This document shows positions 39,194 to 50,680 of a stretch of 64,000 nt of DNA, piece by piece. Numbering within the stretch: position 1 is the first letter of the stretch; each line of letters opens with the position of its first letter. The DNA is from Spirochaetia bacterium (GTDB taxonomy: Bacteria > Spirochaetota > Spirochaetia > UBA9216). Below the pieces are notes generated by a model, which worked only from the letters and a program-made list of their open reading frames with translations, was not told the DNA's origin and did no database searches. The DNA lies in the NCBI GenBank assembly GCA_965140585.1, contig OZ223267.1:352001-416000 (forward strand). Direction: 5' to 3'. The translations under genes were made by a program, and so were the position numbers.

Positions 39194-41353
39194 ATGAGTA
39201 CTAAGAAAATTGTAATTCTTGGCGGCGGCTATGCAGGAATTGAAGCTGCAAAGATTTTGTGCAAAAGATACAGAAAGGATGAATCTGTTGATATTACCCT
39301 AATTGACAGGAATACCTACCATACCCTTATGACTGAGCTTCATGAGGTTGCAGGTTCAAGGGTTGAGCCGGATTCAGTACAGGTCAGTTACCAGAGAATC
39401 TTTTCAGGGACATGTCTTAATATTGTAAATGACTTTATAACCGGAATTGATTTCGAGAAAAGGATTATACAGTCGGAGCTTCATGAATATGCTTATGACT
39501 ATCTTGTTCTGGGAACAGGGGGTGCTCCGGAATTTTTTGACACTCCCGGTGTTCAGGAGAATTCATACTCTCTGTGGTCTCTTGAAGACGCAATGAGAAT
39601 CAGGGAACATTTTGAAGAACGCTTCAGACTTGCGGCAAAGGAACCAAATCCGAAGGTAAGAAACAGAATGCTTACCTTTGTAGTTGCAGGAGCCGGTTTT
39701 ACAGGAATTGAGCTGATTGGTGAGTTCCTTGAAAGACGGGATGTTCTGTGTGCTAAATATCATATAGATACTGATGATGTTAATATGATTGTTGTTGAGG
39801 CAATGGATACAGTTCTGCCGATTATAGAAGAAAACCTCAGAAAGAAATCTGTTAAATATCTCAACAAAAAAGGCTGTAAGGTTATACTGGGCGCCAGGAT
39901 TACCGGTGCTGCAGAAGGCAAGGTAATGCTTGCAGACGGTTCTGAAATTGAAACCGACACACTTGTATGGACCTGTGGTATTCACGGTTCAGAGTTCACT
40001 TCAAGGATTAACCTCACCAAGGGACATACTTCACGCGGTCAGTGCAGTTTTGCATCGGCTGACGGTATTCACGGAATGCTCGGATGCCGTTTTGATGAGA
40101 ATGAACGTTATGTTGTAGGTCAGAGAGGAAGAATACTTGTTGATGACTATATGAGGTCTGTAGATCACAACGAAGTTTATGCAGTCGGCGACAATATGTG
40201 GTTTCTTGAAAATGAAAAAGTTCTGCCTCAGATTGTAGAAACTGCTATTCAGACCGGTGAGGTTGCCGCAAAGAATATTATTGCTGATATCGACAGTACT
40301 GAAAAACACAAATTCAAATCAAATTATCATGGTTTTATGGTTTCAATAGGCGGACGTTATGCAGTGTCCAATGCCGGAGGCATGAAAGTTTCCGGTTTCA
40401 TGGCAATGGCAATGAAGCATGTTGTAAACCTCCATTACCTATTCGGCATAGCCGGAATAAATGCTGTATGGGGCTACCTGAAGCACGAGTTCTTCGATAT
40501 GAAAGACAGAAGAACATTCGTCGGCGAACATCTTTCCTGGAAACTTCAGGGTTGGTGGGGTGTACCGCTTAGAATGTGGCTTGGTGTTATGTGGATTGCA
40601 GAAAGCCTTAATAAAATTGGCGAGGGCTGGCTTAATTTTGCTTCAGGCACAAAGTCCGGCTGGATGTTCAGTCCTGGAGTTGTCCAGAAAGGCGTAGAAG
40701 TTGCCAGTGATGCTGTAAGTGCTGCATCAGAGGGCGGAGAGGCCGCTGAGGGCTGGGTTGAAACTGCTGCTCCTGCTGTTGCAGATACAGTGAGCGCCGC
40801 CAGTGATGCTGCAGGTGATGCCGCTCAGACTGTTGTTCAGGCTGCCGCTGATACAATAAGTGCAGCAAGTGATGCAGTAGCAGGTGCTGCCGGTGATGCT
40901 GCAAATGCTGTTGCTGATACCGCAGCTCAGGTTTTTGGAAAGATCTGGGAAACCGGTAATCCGATAATCCCGTACAACTCAGGATTTGTAACCTGGTTCA
41001 GGGAAACCTTCATGGACAGTATTATGGCATATATCAGCTATCCGATATTCCAGACTATGATTGTTCTTGTTGAGCTTTTCATCGGTCTTGCGCTTCTCGG
41101 TGGACTTTTTACCTGGCTTGCTGCCGCTGCATCAATTGTAATGTGTCTTGTTTTCACATTCTCGGGAATGTTCTCATGGGATCAGGCCTGGTTTGTATTT
41201 GCCGGATTCCTTATGCTTGCCGGAGCAGGACGTGCTGTAGGTTTTGACCACTGGGTTATGCCTGCAATCAAGAAATGGTGGAACAGTACAGCTTTTGCAA
41301 GACGTACTCATCTTTTTGTCGGTGAACCTGTTCTTAAGAGAAAAAAGAAATAG
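39194..41353 (+). CDS. Type II NADH dehydrogenase fused to DoxX/DoxD-like membrane domain (Listeria Ndh2-like)
   Basis: ILGGGYAG, VAGAGFTGIELIGE, YAVGD, PQIVE, YHGFMVSIG; C-terminal PLRMWLG..W and ELFIGLALLGGLFT...GAGRAVGFD TM helices. Confidence 0.88.
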   Translation: MSTKKIVILGGGYAGIEAAKILCKRYRKDESVDITLIDRNTYHTLMTELHEVAGSRVEPDSVQVSYQRIFSGTCLNIVNDFITGIDFEKRIIQSELHEYAYDYLVLGTGGAPEFFDTPGVQENSYSLWSLEDAMRIREHFEERFRLAAKEPNPKVRNRMLTFVVAGAGFTGIELIGEFLERRDVLCAKYHIDTDDVNMIVVEAMDTVLPIIEENLRKKSVKYLNKKGCKVILGARITGAAEGKVMLADGSEIETDTLVWTCGIHGSEFTSRINLTKGHTSRGQCSFASADGIHGMLGCRFDENERYVVGQRGRILVDDYMRSVDHNEVYAVGDNMWFLENEKVLPQIVETAIQTGEVAAKNIIADIDSTEKHKFKSNYHGFMVSIGGRYAVSNAGGMKVSGFMAMAMKHVVNLHYLFGIAGINAVWGYLKHEFFDMKDRRTFVGEHLSWKLQGWWGVPLRMWLGVMWIAESLNKIGEGWLNFASGTKSGWMFSPGVVQKGVEVASDAVSAASEGGEAAEGWVETAAPAVADTVSAASDAAGDAAQTVVQAAADTISAASDAVAGAAGDAANAVADTAAQVFGKIWETGNPIIPYNSGFVTWFRETFMDSIMAYISYPIFQTMIVLVELFIGLALLGGLFTWLAAAASIVMCLVFTFSGMFSWDQAWFVFAGFLMLAGAGRAVGFDHWVMPAIKKWWNSTAFARRTHLFVGEPVLKRKKK

Positions 41354-41371
41354 GATACCACAGAGAGATTT

Positions 41372-42346
41372 ATGACTTATATTTCTGACTCCATAGGGGA
41401 CAGTCAGCTTTCAGAAGACCTCCGGTCAGTAAGGGCGGTGATTAATGGTTATATTCAGAATACACCTGAAATGATCCGCTCTGCTGTTGAAAGGCTTCTG
41501 GCAGACGGCGGGAAGATGCTTCGACCCGCCATGGTTGTACTGGCCGGACGGTATGGGGATTTTGACGGAAACAGAATTTATTCACTTGCTGCCGCAGTTG
41601 AGATGCTGCATAATGCAACTCTTGTTCATGACGACATCATAGATGAAGCTGAAACACGACGGGGCAAACCTGCCATGCATACGATTCATGGCAGCAAGCT
41701 GGCCATCCTGCTGGGTGATTACATGTTTTCAGGATGTTTTGTTATGGCATCCAGAAACTCAAGGATCGATCAGTACGATAAACTTGCCAAGGCTGTGGCC
41801 AGAGTCTGTGAGGGAGAAATCCTGCAGGACACTGAAAAATTTATCTTTAATCCCAGTATTAGAAAATATAAAAGGCGGATTGCAAGTAAAACCGCAGTCC
41901 TGTTCTCACTTAGTCTTTATCTGGGAGCAAAGGAAGCCGGATGTCCCGAGGCTGACTGCAATATTTTTGTTCGAATAGGCTACAATATCGGTATGGCTTT
42001 TCAGATTATCGATGATATTCTTGATTTTAACGGAAAGACTGATAAGGTCGGCAAACCTGTGACAGGGCATGATATGCAGGAGGGTATTTTTACTCTTCCG
42101 GCAATTATTGCAATGCAGTCCGATAACGGAGAGCTTGCTCAGCTTTTCAATGAACCGCCTTACAGCCCCGAATCAATAGCTCAGGCTTTAACCCTTATCA
42201 ATAAATCAGGCGCAATTGAAAAAGCCAAGGCTGTTGCAGAACTGTATTCCCAGCGTGCCCGCCGTGAAATTGCTCGATTGGAACCGGGATATACATCTCA
42301 GCAGCTTGAAAAAATTACCGGGCAGCTTCTTTCCCGAAATTTCTAA
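41372..42346 (+). CDS. Long-chain polyprenyl diphosphate synthase (HepT/DmkB-like)
   Basis: GGKMLRP, ATLVHDDIID..RRG, KTA, FQIIDDILD. Confidence 0.92.
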   Translation: MTYISDSIGDSQLSEDLRSVRAVINGYIQNTPEMIRSAVERLLADGGKMLRPAMVVLAGRYGDFDGNRIYSLAAAVEMLHNATLVHDDIIDEAETRRGKPAMHTIHGSKLAILLGDYMFSGCFVMASRNSRIDQYDKLAKAVARVCEGEILQDTEKFIFNPSIRKYKRRIASKTAVLFSLSLYLGAKEAGCPEADCNIFVRIGYNIGMAFQIIDDILDFNGKTDKVGKPVTGHDMQEGIFTLPAIIAMQSDNGELAQLFNEPPYSPESIAQALTLINKSGAIEKAKAVAELYSQRARREIARLEPGYTSQQLEKITGQLLSRNF

Positions 42347-42349
42347 TCT

Positions 42350-43246
42350 TTATAAAAAATCGGGAATACCTTCAAGGTATTCCTTTATTTCATCCTCAAT
42401 AAAATCAGGAGTCGATGCTGAAGATACGATGAGAGCCTTGTTTATGTCTGTAAGGTTAATATTTCTGCTTTTGAGATCTTCAAGATTCTGTATAAAGTAT
42501 GTATGCTTATCAGCCTCGTAAAGCAGGTGGAAAAGCTTGCTTGCATTGGATGAGAGTTTGTCTCCTATAACAAAACTTATATCTGCCTGTTTTTGAAGCT
42601 CCAGGGCTTCCTCTTCCTTTTTTCGTGTTACCGGGCAAATACTGTCAAAGACAGTAACGTTCGTTTCAGGCCAGTGCTCTTTTACTGCGCTGCAGGTGGA
42701 ATCAAACAGAACACGGCTCCCTGTAGTCTGAGAGGTAATAAAAAAACTTTCCGGGTGAATGTCTACACTACGGCTTCTGCTAAACTCCGGATTTTTTATA
42801 AAATCTTCAAGATCCTCTGAAGTTTCGATGACAGTAAAGTTCTCTGCATAACTCTGAAGCCCAAGGACTTCAGGATGGGTTTTCTTGCCTGTTATGATAA
42901 CAGAAGAACCGCCGGCTGATGCTTCGGCTATTTTTTTCTGAACTTTTTTAACATTTACACAGGTCAGATCTATAAGATGGTGAGTCTCTGAAAGTTCCTT
43001 TTCAAGTGTCCTGTCGATCCCGTGTGTTCTAACTGCAATTACAGCCTTATCGGGGATATCTTCAGGTTTATCCATTGTTTTAATTCCTTTTGTATTAAGA
43101 AATTCAACATGGCTTCGATTGTTAATCATCATACCCAGAACGCATAGATCCTGTGATTCAAGTTCATCTTTTGTTTTAAGGATGTTCTTCTCAGCATTTT
43201 TTACACCGGGGCAGAACCCGGACAGCTTCGGTATAAGTACGGTCAT
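42350..43246 (-). CDS. ispH: 4-hydroxy-3-methylbut-2-enyl diphosphate reductase
   Basis: GFCPGV, RTHG, DLTC, HPEV, SQTT, DSIC, SSNA, SASTP; start reset to ATG 43246. Confidence 0.9.
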   Translation of the reverse strand: MTVLIPKLSGFCPGVKNAEKNILKTKDELESQDLCVLGMMINNRSHVEFLNTKGIKTMDKPEDIPDKAVIAVRTHGIDRTLEKELSETHHLIDLTCVNVKKVQKKIAEASAGGSSVIITGKKTHPEVLGLQSYAENFTVIETSEDLEDFIKNPEFSRSRSVDIHPESFFITSQTTGSRVLFDSTCSAVKEHWPETNVTVFDSICPVTRKKEEEALELQKQADISFVIGDKLSSNASKLFHLLYEADKHTYFIQNLEDLKSRNINLTDINKALIVSSASTPDFIEDEIKEYLEGIPDFL

Positions 43247-43321
43247 AACAAAACTATATTTAAAACAGGCACTGGAGTCAATTATGAGAAAAACGCTATA
43301 ATTACTGCGGAGGAACTGCTT

Positions 43322-44032
43322 TTGAAGGGGAACAGGACTATCGCAAAACTTCTTTTTATTCAGCCTCAATCCATAAAGAAGAATCCTGATTTTCAGCTGC
43401 TGGTCAAGATACTCAATGATTCTGCAAAACTTCGAAAAGTTATACTTCCGCCCAAGGCCTGGAAACTGGTGAATGAGCCGCGGCTTGAAATCAAGTACCT
43501 CGATAATTTTATCAGGACGTATTATCTTCCGGAAAAAGGGTTTTTTAAGCTTTTTTTAGAACTAAAATGGAATTATCAATCTCAGCGGAATAAAAAATAC
43601 CTACACAGGCAGCAGAGAATAAGTAAATCCGCAGATGCATGGCCTGAAAGTATAAAAAGACTTGTTTTTAAGCTGCTAAACGCGGAAAGAAAATGTAATG
43701 ATGATATACCTGTGTATAAAAGAGTTCTTTATCCGGCAAGCCTGAAACGTGCAGGAGAACTATCCGGATTCTCAGCCGAAGAGTGGGCTGAAATTATTTT
43801 GAAATATTATGACAGCCTTAAAACTCATTACCGAACCATTAAACTGCCTGATAGAGCAGCCTTAATGACCTTTCTGCAGGACCTCGAGTCAGTTAAACGA
43901 AATGCTGCTCAACAAAATAATGCCGGACATAGAAGAGAATACCGGAAACTTCTTAAAAAATATCATCCTGATCTTGGCGGTGATGCGAATATATTTATAG
44001 CCGTTAAAAGGCGATACGATGAATTAAAATAG
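43322..44032 (+). CDS. Protein with short C-terminal J-domain-like motif
   Basis: YRKLLKKYHPDLGGD; SD GGAGG before the TTG start. Confidence 0.7.
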   Translation: MKGNRTIAKLLFIQPQSIKKNPDFQLLVKILNDSAKLRKVILPPKAWKLVNEPRLEIKYLDNFIRTYYLPEKGFFKLFLELKWNYQSQRNKKYLHRQQRISKSADAWPESIKRLVFKLLNAERKCNDDIPVYKRVLYPASLKRAGELSGFSAEEWAEIILKYYDSLKTHYRTIKLPDRAALMTFLQDLESVKRNAAQQNNAGHRREYRKLLKKYHPDLGGDANIFIAVKRRYDELK

Positions 44033-44081
44033 ATATTCTGATAACACGGATTTTAACTGTGCTATCAGAATGATTTTAAAA

Positions 44082-44377
44082 TTATTCGCCATGATTGAAA
44101 AATCTTGATAGGTTGATCGAGACAAAAATAACACCGAGTATAAAAAGAATAAAATTCAAGTTTATGCCGATTTTAAGATGATCGATGAAATTTATTAGAA
44201 TAAACCTATAAGAAAATTAATTAATCCCCATATTACATTTGAAAGTGGGGATGATTTTCCTTTTCCCGGCGGTTTGGCAAAAGGACTGTGAAATTGTTTT
44301 CCGGAAATACCGTTAACAAAGTGAGGAATACCATTTGTGATAAAAATTCCGGCTAAAATCGAAAATACCTGATTCAT
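44082..44377 (-). pseudogene. Frameshifted small membrane protein
   Basis: NGIPHFVNGISG..F.SPFAKPPG...NVIWG, stop at 44195; hydrophobic C-terminus LINFIDHLKIGINLNFILFILGVIF...NHGE* continues in another frame. Confidence 0.7.
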
Positions 44378-44401
44378 ATTTACTCCTTGGATTTTTGATT
44401 C

Positions 44402-46297
44402 TTATGTTTTAAATAATTCAGCATCTTTATTTATATTTCCAACACGCTCTTCATTGTCTTTTATAAGCATCTCTTCTTCCGAGACCGCCTTATTTATCTC
44501 GTTAACACCCATTGTGATTTCATCAATGGCATGGCTTGTTGTTTTGCTGAAATCCTGGAGGTGAGTAACAGATTCTATGATCTGTTTATTGCCAATCTTC
44601 ATCTCTTGTGACCCTGAGTTGACTTCAGCTGAAATTTCCTCCATGTGGTTGAGGCCTTCAGGAACATGATTACTTCCGATGCTTAATTCCTGCACGGCGT
44701 TCTGAATATTGCTGAATATATTGCTGACCTTAATAACAGCTGTATTCATAGCATCGAAATCTTTTGTATTTTGCGAAGCTGATACGGTAAGTTCATCTAT
44801 TGCCTTTTTGATACTTGTCAAATTTGAACTTACAACCTTGAATTGGCTGTCAGACTGTTCTGCAAGTTTTCTTATCTCCTCTGCTACCACAGAGAATACC
44901 TTTCCTGCATCACCGGCATGAGCAGCTTTAATCACAGCATTCATTGAAAGTAAATTTGTCTGACTGGACAGATTTGATATTAATTCATTTGCCTGCATTA
45001 GTTCATTGGACTCTTCAACAATCTTATGAATTACGTCCTGAACCATTTCCATGGTTTCCTGGCCCTTGGAGGACGCATGTGTCATTTGCTTAACCTTTTC
45101 ATTTCAGGTTTCTATGACCCCGGCAATGGAGTCTATTCCTGCAGTCATTTCTTCAATAGCAGACGAGGACTGGGTAATACTTGAGCTCTGCTCAATAATA
45201 CTGTTGTTAAGATTATTGATATTATCAGTAAGCTGAGCAACAGAGTGAACTGTCTGACTTGTAACTGATGTCTGTTCATGCATCTGTTTATTGATGCTTT
45301 GCAGATTACTGCTGATCTGGTTGATAGATGCTGCAGTTTCGGTAATATTAAGGCTCATTTCTTCACTTGATTTATTGATGTCACTTATCTGGGTTTTGAG
45401 TTTCCCCAGGAAAACTGAAAAGTTTTCAAACATTGTATTCATGCTACGGTAAATGGAATCTAACTCATCTTTTCCCTTGGGCTTCACTCTGAGTCGTATA
45501 TCTCCTGTTGAAGCAGTGAGCAGATGTTTTTCCAGTTCTGATACTCTTTTCGTAATGATATTCCTAATCATAATTAAAAGAAGAATAATCAGGATAACCA
45601 TACTTGATGTACTTATAATTGATATTATCATCTGAAGATACTGTGATGTATCCAGAAGATCGCTCTCGGAAATATTGGCAGCAATAAACCATCCGCTTTC
45701 ACCTGACTGATGAAAAGCCGGATATCGGATAATTCCGTTTATCTGGTATCCGAAAAAACCTCTTTCTTTCTTCTTATTCAGGATTGTTATTATTGGTCCC
45801 GGCTTGCCGGAGTGATCAACTAACAGCTCATTTCTATCACCATAGGCCAGTACAATACCCTTTGATGTAAACATATACGGCTGTCCCATCTTGCCTAAAT
45901 CTCTTTCCCATAAAACATGGGTGAGCAATTTTGTAAAATTCAACCTAATAATATAATATCCCAGCGTTTCCCCATTTTGTATTAAGGGTTTTCCAACTGT
46001 CGAAATAATATTACCTTTTTTAGAAGAAAGTGAGAAGGTTTCATCGAGCTCGGAAGTACCAGAATTGGAAGACAGAGTCTTAAATATTTTTTCTTCACAT
46101 AAATCTTTTCCAATTGCAGCATTTGCAGTACTGGTTACTACGAGACCTTTGGTATCAATCAGAAGCATCTCATTACAAAATTCATGTGTTTTCTTTTCTT
46201 CATCTATATATTTTTTAACAGAGATAAAATCCTGATTAATGGTGTAGCTGTAAAGTATATAACAAGTTATCTGAGAGCTTAAGGATATGAATTCCAT
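44402..46297 (-). pseudogene. Methyl-accepting chemotaxis protein (Cache-HAMP-MA), disrupted
   Basis: The two ORFs are in one frame, separated by TGA 45104-45106; [31 protein letters not shown]; N-terminus eroded. Confidence 0.85.
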
Positions 46298-46455
46298 TCA
46301 GGAAAATAAATAATTTTTAAACTGAATTACTGCTTACAAAAAGATACAAAATGAAACATAAGGAAACATCTGCAGAAACAGGGATGGGTGTTTCTTTTAA
46401 AAGCCTACTGGAAACTTCCCCGAAAATTAATTATTTTTAATCAAAGGTAGGCAGC

Positions 46456-47559
46456 ATGATAGATACAGGCACCAGATTAGGCATACTCATCAGTTTTTTT
46501 ATTGCCTCAGGCGGTATGTATTTTGTTCTTTACTCGATTATACAGCTTATTTCTATCAGAAAAAGAAAGCAGATTCACTATCTACACTTTGGATTTTTCT
46601 TTCTTCTCGGCCTATGTATACTCCTGGATTCTTATTATAGAAAAGGTACCGAGTATTTTGCACCTGGCCTGCTTTTAATAAATTTTCCTTTGGATTTTTT
46701 ATTGGGTCCGATATTGATTTTCTATTTTAACAGCTTTTTTGATACTCATTTCAGGTTGAAAAAACTACATCTGTTAACCGTTCTTCCTGCGTTTATATGT
46801 TTAGCCGCTTTTATTCCTTATTATATTCTTCCCTCTGAACAAAAGCTTGCAATGTTTCCACTGGAAACGCTGTCATCGGGTTGTTTTATGATAATTGGAA
46901 AGGTCTTTAACTATACAATGTTCCCCTGGACAGCTGTATGTTTGATAGTTATATTCAAATCCAATCTGAAATATTTTGAAAAGAGTAAAAAGCATATACG
47001 GCTGACGCTGATATTTTTAATAACAGTAATACTTTTAGCAGCTTTTATGAGTTACAGTGATACTCTGAACGATTTAAAACCATATAAGGTCGGTATGACT
47101 GTTCTTGTTTTCTCTTTAATATGTTTTTCACTTATGACATCAAGGTTCACTGATTTCTTTTTGAGAATCCGAAATGAGGCCAGTGCTGTCCGTTATGCAC
47201 AGTCCAAGGTTTCATCACTTAATGTAGATTTTATAGTTTTCCGGATCGAAGATCTTATGGAATTTGAGCATCTTTACACAGATCCTGAATTGAATCTTAG
47301 AAGCCTGAGTGCCAGGCTGGAGCTGCGGCCTGGACAGCTTTCCGAAATTATCAATTCCAGATATTCAAAGAATTTTAACAGCTATATAAATGATTTAAGA
47401 ATAGAGTCTGCCAAGTCAAAAATCAGGTATGAGAAGGAGCATAGCATCCTTTCTGTCGCAATGTCCTGCGGGTTCAATTCAAAATCTAATTTCAATCGTG
47501 TTTTCAGCGAGAAGGTCGGTATGTCTCCCTCTGAATACCGGAAGACTATTAATAATTGA
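46456..47559 (+). CDS. Membrane-anchored AraC-family regulator
   Basis: Multiple TM helices, then LSEIIN..NFNSYINDLRI..GFNSKSNFNRVF..GMSPSEYR. Confidence 0.9.
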   Translation: MIDTGTRLGILISFFIASGGMYFVLYSIIQLISIRKRKQIHYLHFGFFFLLGLCILLDSYYRKGTEYFAPGLLLINFPLDFLLGPILIFYFNSFFDTHFRLKKLHLLTVLPAFICLAAFIPYYILPSEQKLAMFPLETLSSGCFMIIGKVFNYTMFPWTAVCLIVIFKSNLKYFEKSKKHIRLTLIFLITVILLAAFMSYSDTLNDLKPYKVGMTVLVFSLICFSLMTSRFTDFFLRIRNEASAVRYAQSKVSSLNVDFIVFRIEDLMEFEHLYTDPELNLRSLSARLELRPGQLSEIINSRYSKNFNSYINDLRIESAKSKIRYEKEHSILSVAMSCGFNSKSNFNRVFSEKVGMSPSEYRKTINN

Positions 47560-47686
47560 TGGATTATTAATCAGAAACGGTGTGAGCCTGACACCTGGGA
47601 GCCTTTATGATTACTCTCTAACTGTTTTCTACAGATAGAAAGAAATGTATTATATAGTTTGTATATTTACGCTATAATCTTAGACA

Positions 47687-48817
47687 ATGGACAGTAATTT
47701 ACTTGTAGATACAGGCCTTATTCTTGGTATTTGTCTTTGCCTTATCATAACTGTCAGTCAGCTTCTTTTAAAAAGAAAGGATCAGAAGAATTATCTCATT
47801 GCACTGAATACCTTTCTTATTGCCGTATACCAGTTCTCAAGTGCATTTTACCTGTTTTCAGGTATAGAGAACTGGTATGCTGTTTATCCCTATGTATACA
47901 CTTTAGGGAGGTTTGTTTTATTTACAGCGGCACCTGTATACTACTTTTTTTTCAAATCACTTCCTCAAAAAGAATATATTTTCCACCCATCGCATCTCCT
48001 GCACATGATAATCCCGGTTGCAGTCACTTTAATTCTAATTATATTTGCTGAATATCCTGTTTATCCGGTTGTGAGTTTTCGAGATTATAAGGATTTTCTG
48101 TATGCAAATGTTGGAATCTTCAGGCCTCTCAGTGTATTTTCTTCATTTTACGGAATTGTTTATTTCTTTATAATACTTGTTTATTATATCCACCTTTTTC
48201 GAAGATCAAAGGAGGAGCGGCAGAAAAACCTTTCTACCGTAATAATATTTTCTCTGATTACAATTGCACCGCTTTTCCCTTATATCGTATTCGGGAACAG
48301 GGTGGTATGGTATTACCATCTTTTCCAGCTGCGTTTTACAATACTGTCTGTATATCTTTTGCTGATAAGCCAGCGTTACCCATTTCTTCTCAATATAATA
48401 AAGCTGGAAGCCTACCGTGATTATTATCTTAAATCCAATATTGAAGATGCTGAGGCTGACAGGGTTTATTCAGCTCTTGAGCAGCTGATGAATGAAGAAA
48501 AACTATTTGTTAATAATGACCTGTTTCTCAAAAATGCAGCACAAAAGCTTAAAGTGTCGAACTTACAGTTATCTGAGGTTTTAAATATCCATCAGGGTAA
48601 GACATTTTCCCAGTATATTAAAGAAAAAAGAATAAACTATTCGCTGGAACTTCTAGAGAACAAAACATCAATGACAGTACTTGATATTGCCCTTGAGTGC
48701 GGATTTAACTCCAAATCCAGTTATTATGCAGCTTTTCAAAAGATGATAGGCGAAACTCCTCTTCAGTATCGAAAAAAAAGGTCCAGATATATATCTGGAC
48801 GATCATTGAACAGATAA
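47687..48817 (+). CDS. Membrane-anchored AraC-family regulator (second copy)
   Basis: Multiple TM helices, then LSEVLN..IALECGFNSKSSYYAAF..GETPLQYR. Confidence 0.9.
   Translation: MDSNLLVDTGLILGICLCLIITVSQLLLKRKDQKNYLIALNTFLIAVYQFSSAFYLFSGIENWYAVYPYVYTLGRFVLFTAAPVYYFFFKSLPQKEYIFHPSHLLHMIIPVAVTLILIIFAEYPVYPVVSFRDYKDFLYANVGIFRPLSVFSSFYGIVYFFIILVYYIHLFRRSKEERQKNLSTVIIFSLITIAPLFPYIVFGNRVVWYYHLFQLRFTILSVYLLLISQRYPFLLNIIKLEAYRDYYLKSNIEDAEADRVYSALEQLMNEEKLFVNNDLFLKNAAQKLKVSNLQLSEVLNIHQGKTFSQYIKEKRINYSLELLENKTSMTVLDIALECGFNSKSSYYAAFQKMIGETPLQYRKKRSRYISGRSLNR
48781..48804 (+). promoter_or_regulatory. Palindromic operator, copy 1
   Basis: Perfect 20-bp palindrome GTCCAGATATATATCTGGAC followed by GATC. 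Confidence 0.7.
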
Positions 48818-48861
48818 ACGTTAACCTCCTTCTATTAATACTATCGAAGAAGAACCCGAAT

Positions 48862-50671
48862 ATGAAAAACATCTACTAGTGTCCATTGTATTTTCTTTTT
48901 GTCTGTTGGCAAACGGATATGCAGAATTGGTCGATCTTGGAGAATCGAACCAGAGTAAAGCTTCTGACGGCCTAACTAAAATGCATATGATTATCTTGTG
49001 AATCCAGCAGACTTTAATAAAATGGAATCAAGCACAATATTCTTTTCGCTTGATTCGGACGGAACACAGTTTGGAACAGAAGAAATCGGAACGGGACTGA
49101 GAGGCGGTTATGCATGGGTAACCGATGACCTTTCACTATTTTTTCTGTTGAATTATTTTACCAACCTTTCTTTAACAGATGAAAATGACGAAGATACCCA
49201 GACGATTACTTACACAGATTATTAAAGTGCTGCAGGTATTTATAATGAACTTGTTACTGCAACTGATTTTAATATTTAAAACTTTAACTTCCAGAAACTG
49301 CTTGCCAGTGTGGGTGTTGATTTAGGTATGCCGATTACATTTGATGTAAAAGGACTATGGCTTCTTAACCAATACAGCTACAGTGAAAGCTCAATTTCCA
49401 GTACATACACCAATACAAGTACAGCAGGTGATGACAGCCTTGATGAAGTAGGGGATTATGAGATTACAAGATACAGCATGCCATATTACTACTCATCCGG
49501 AGGACTTGTAGTAAGTGATACCGACAACTTTGAGAGTGTTCTCGCATTCGAACCCGAGATTGGTTTGAATGTCGGTAACCTGAGTTCAAAAATATCGCTT
49601 GGTGCCGCATTCTATAACCTTGGTGCAAATGAAGGAAGCTACTTAAACACAACCTCAAGCTATGCAGACGGCAGCGATGTAAGCCTGCTTGACACTGAAG
49701 AACTGTACAGTTCAACAGGAGCTGTTTATTACGACAGTGATTCAGGAGTTGAAAGCTCAGTAAGTATGGAGGCCTCTATTTCCGATACATATCTTGAACG
49801 CACAGTACTTGGATTTGACAGTGACAGCAATATCAATCGCGGGAACAATATCACCCTGAAGTTTATGCTCGGAGCAGATTACGGTATTTTCCCCACTGCT
49901 ATATATGAATTCAGTACAATAGAGATACAATATGATGACCACACCGGAACTCCGGTAGAGACATCCCGAAACAGCTCCATCACCTGTATCTCACAGTCTA
50001 TTAATGCAGCAATATCAGGACATGCGAAAGCTGCATTTTCAAAATCATTCATACCTGATGAAAGAGCCGCGTTTCATCTGGGTGCCGGTTTTGGTTATGA
50101 CATAGATTACATAACCGCGGTAAAAGAACAGACAAGGACTATCAGAGTTCTGATAGACAATGACGGGGATAATGCCGATACAACAGCAGGTACTGATATA
50201 GACACGTCTACTATATATTCAGGTTATACAATTCAGGTTGATGAAATGATTCATACAATCGAAGTTTCAGTGCCTCTGTCAGTTTCCTATACTCCAATAA
50301 GTGACATGACCTTCTAAACCGGGGCAAAGACAACAATCAGTCTTGCAATAGACAGCATATCAAGCCTTGTAACAGGACAGTCGGGTTATGTTTATACCGA
50401 GTATGTTGATAACCTGGAATCGGATAATTCAACTGATGCTGAGCTGATAGGCGGTACTGAAAACTATTACACCCCTGGAAACAGCATTGAAACAACGCTT
50501 GATGTCGAAGCTGAGGGGAATTTCGGATTCACACTGGCACTTACAGAAAAATTCAAAATAGACGCTTATGCAACTGTGAGTGCCGACAGTGGAATTATGG
50601 GTATGCCGACAAGCACAGATTCGGGTGTAGGTTTTGATTCATTCAGCCTTACAGGAAGCTCTTCTTTCTAG
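48862..50671 (+). pseudogene. Outer-membrane beta-barrel, TDE2508-like, disrupted
   Basis: Reconstructable signal peptide through to C-terminal ...SLTGSSSF*. Frameshifts at ~48867 and ~48980; in-frame TAA at 49223, 49277 and 50315. Confidence 0.75.
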
Positions 50672-50680
50672 GAGGGAAAA

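Noticed and set aside
47560-47640. Possible gene remnant between the araC genes (…SLYDYSLTVFYR*)
   Set aside because: Resembles an OMP C-terminus but is too short to support.
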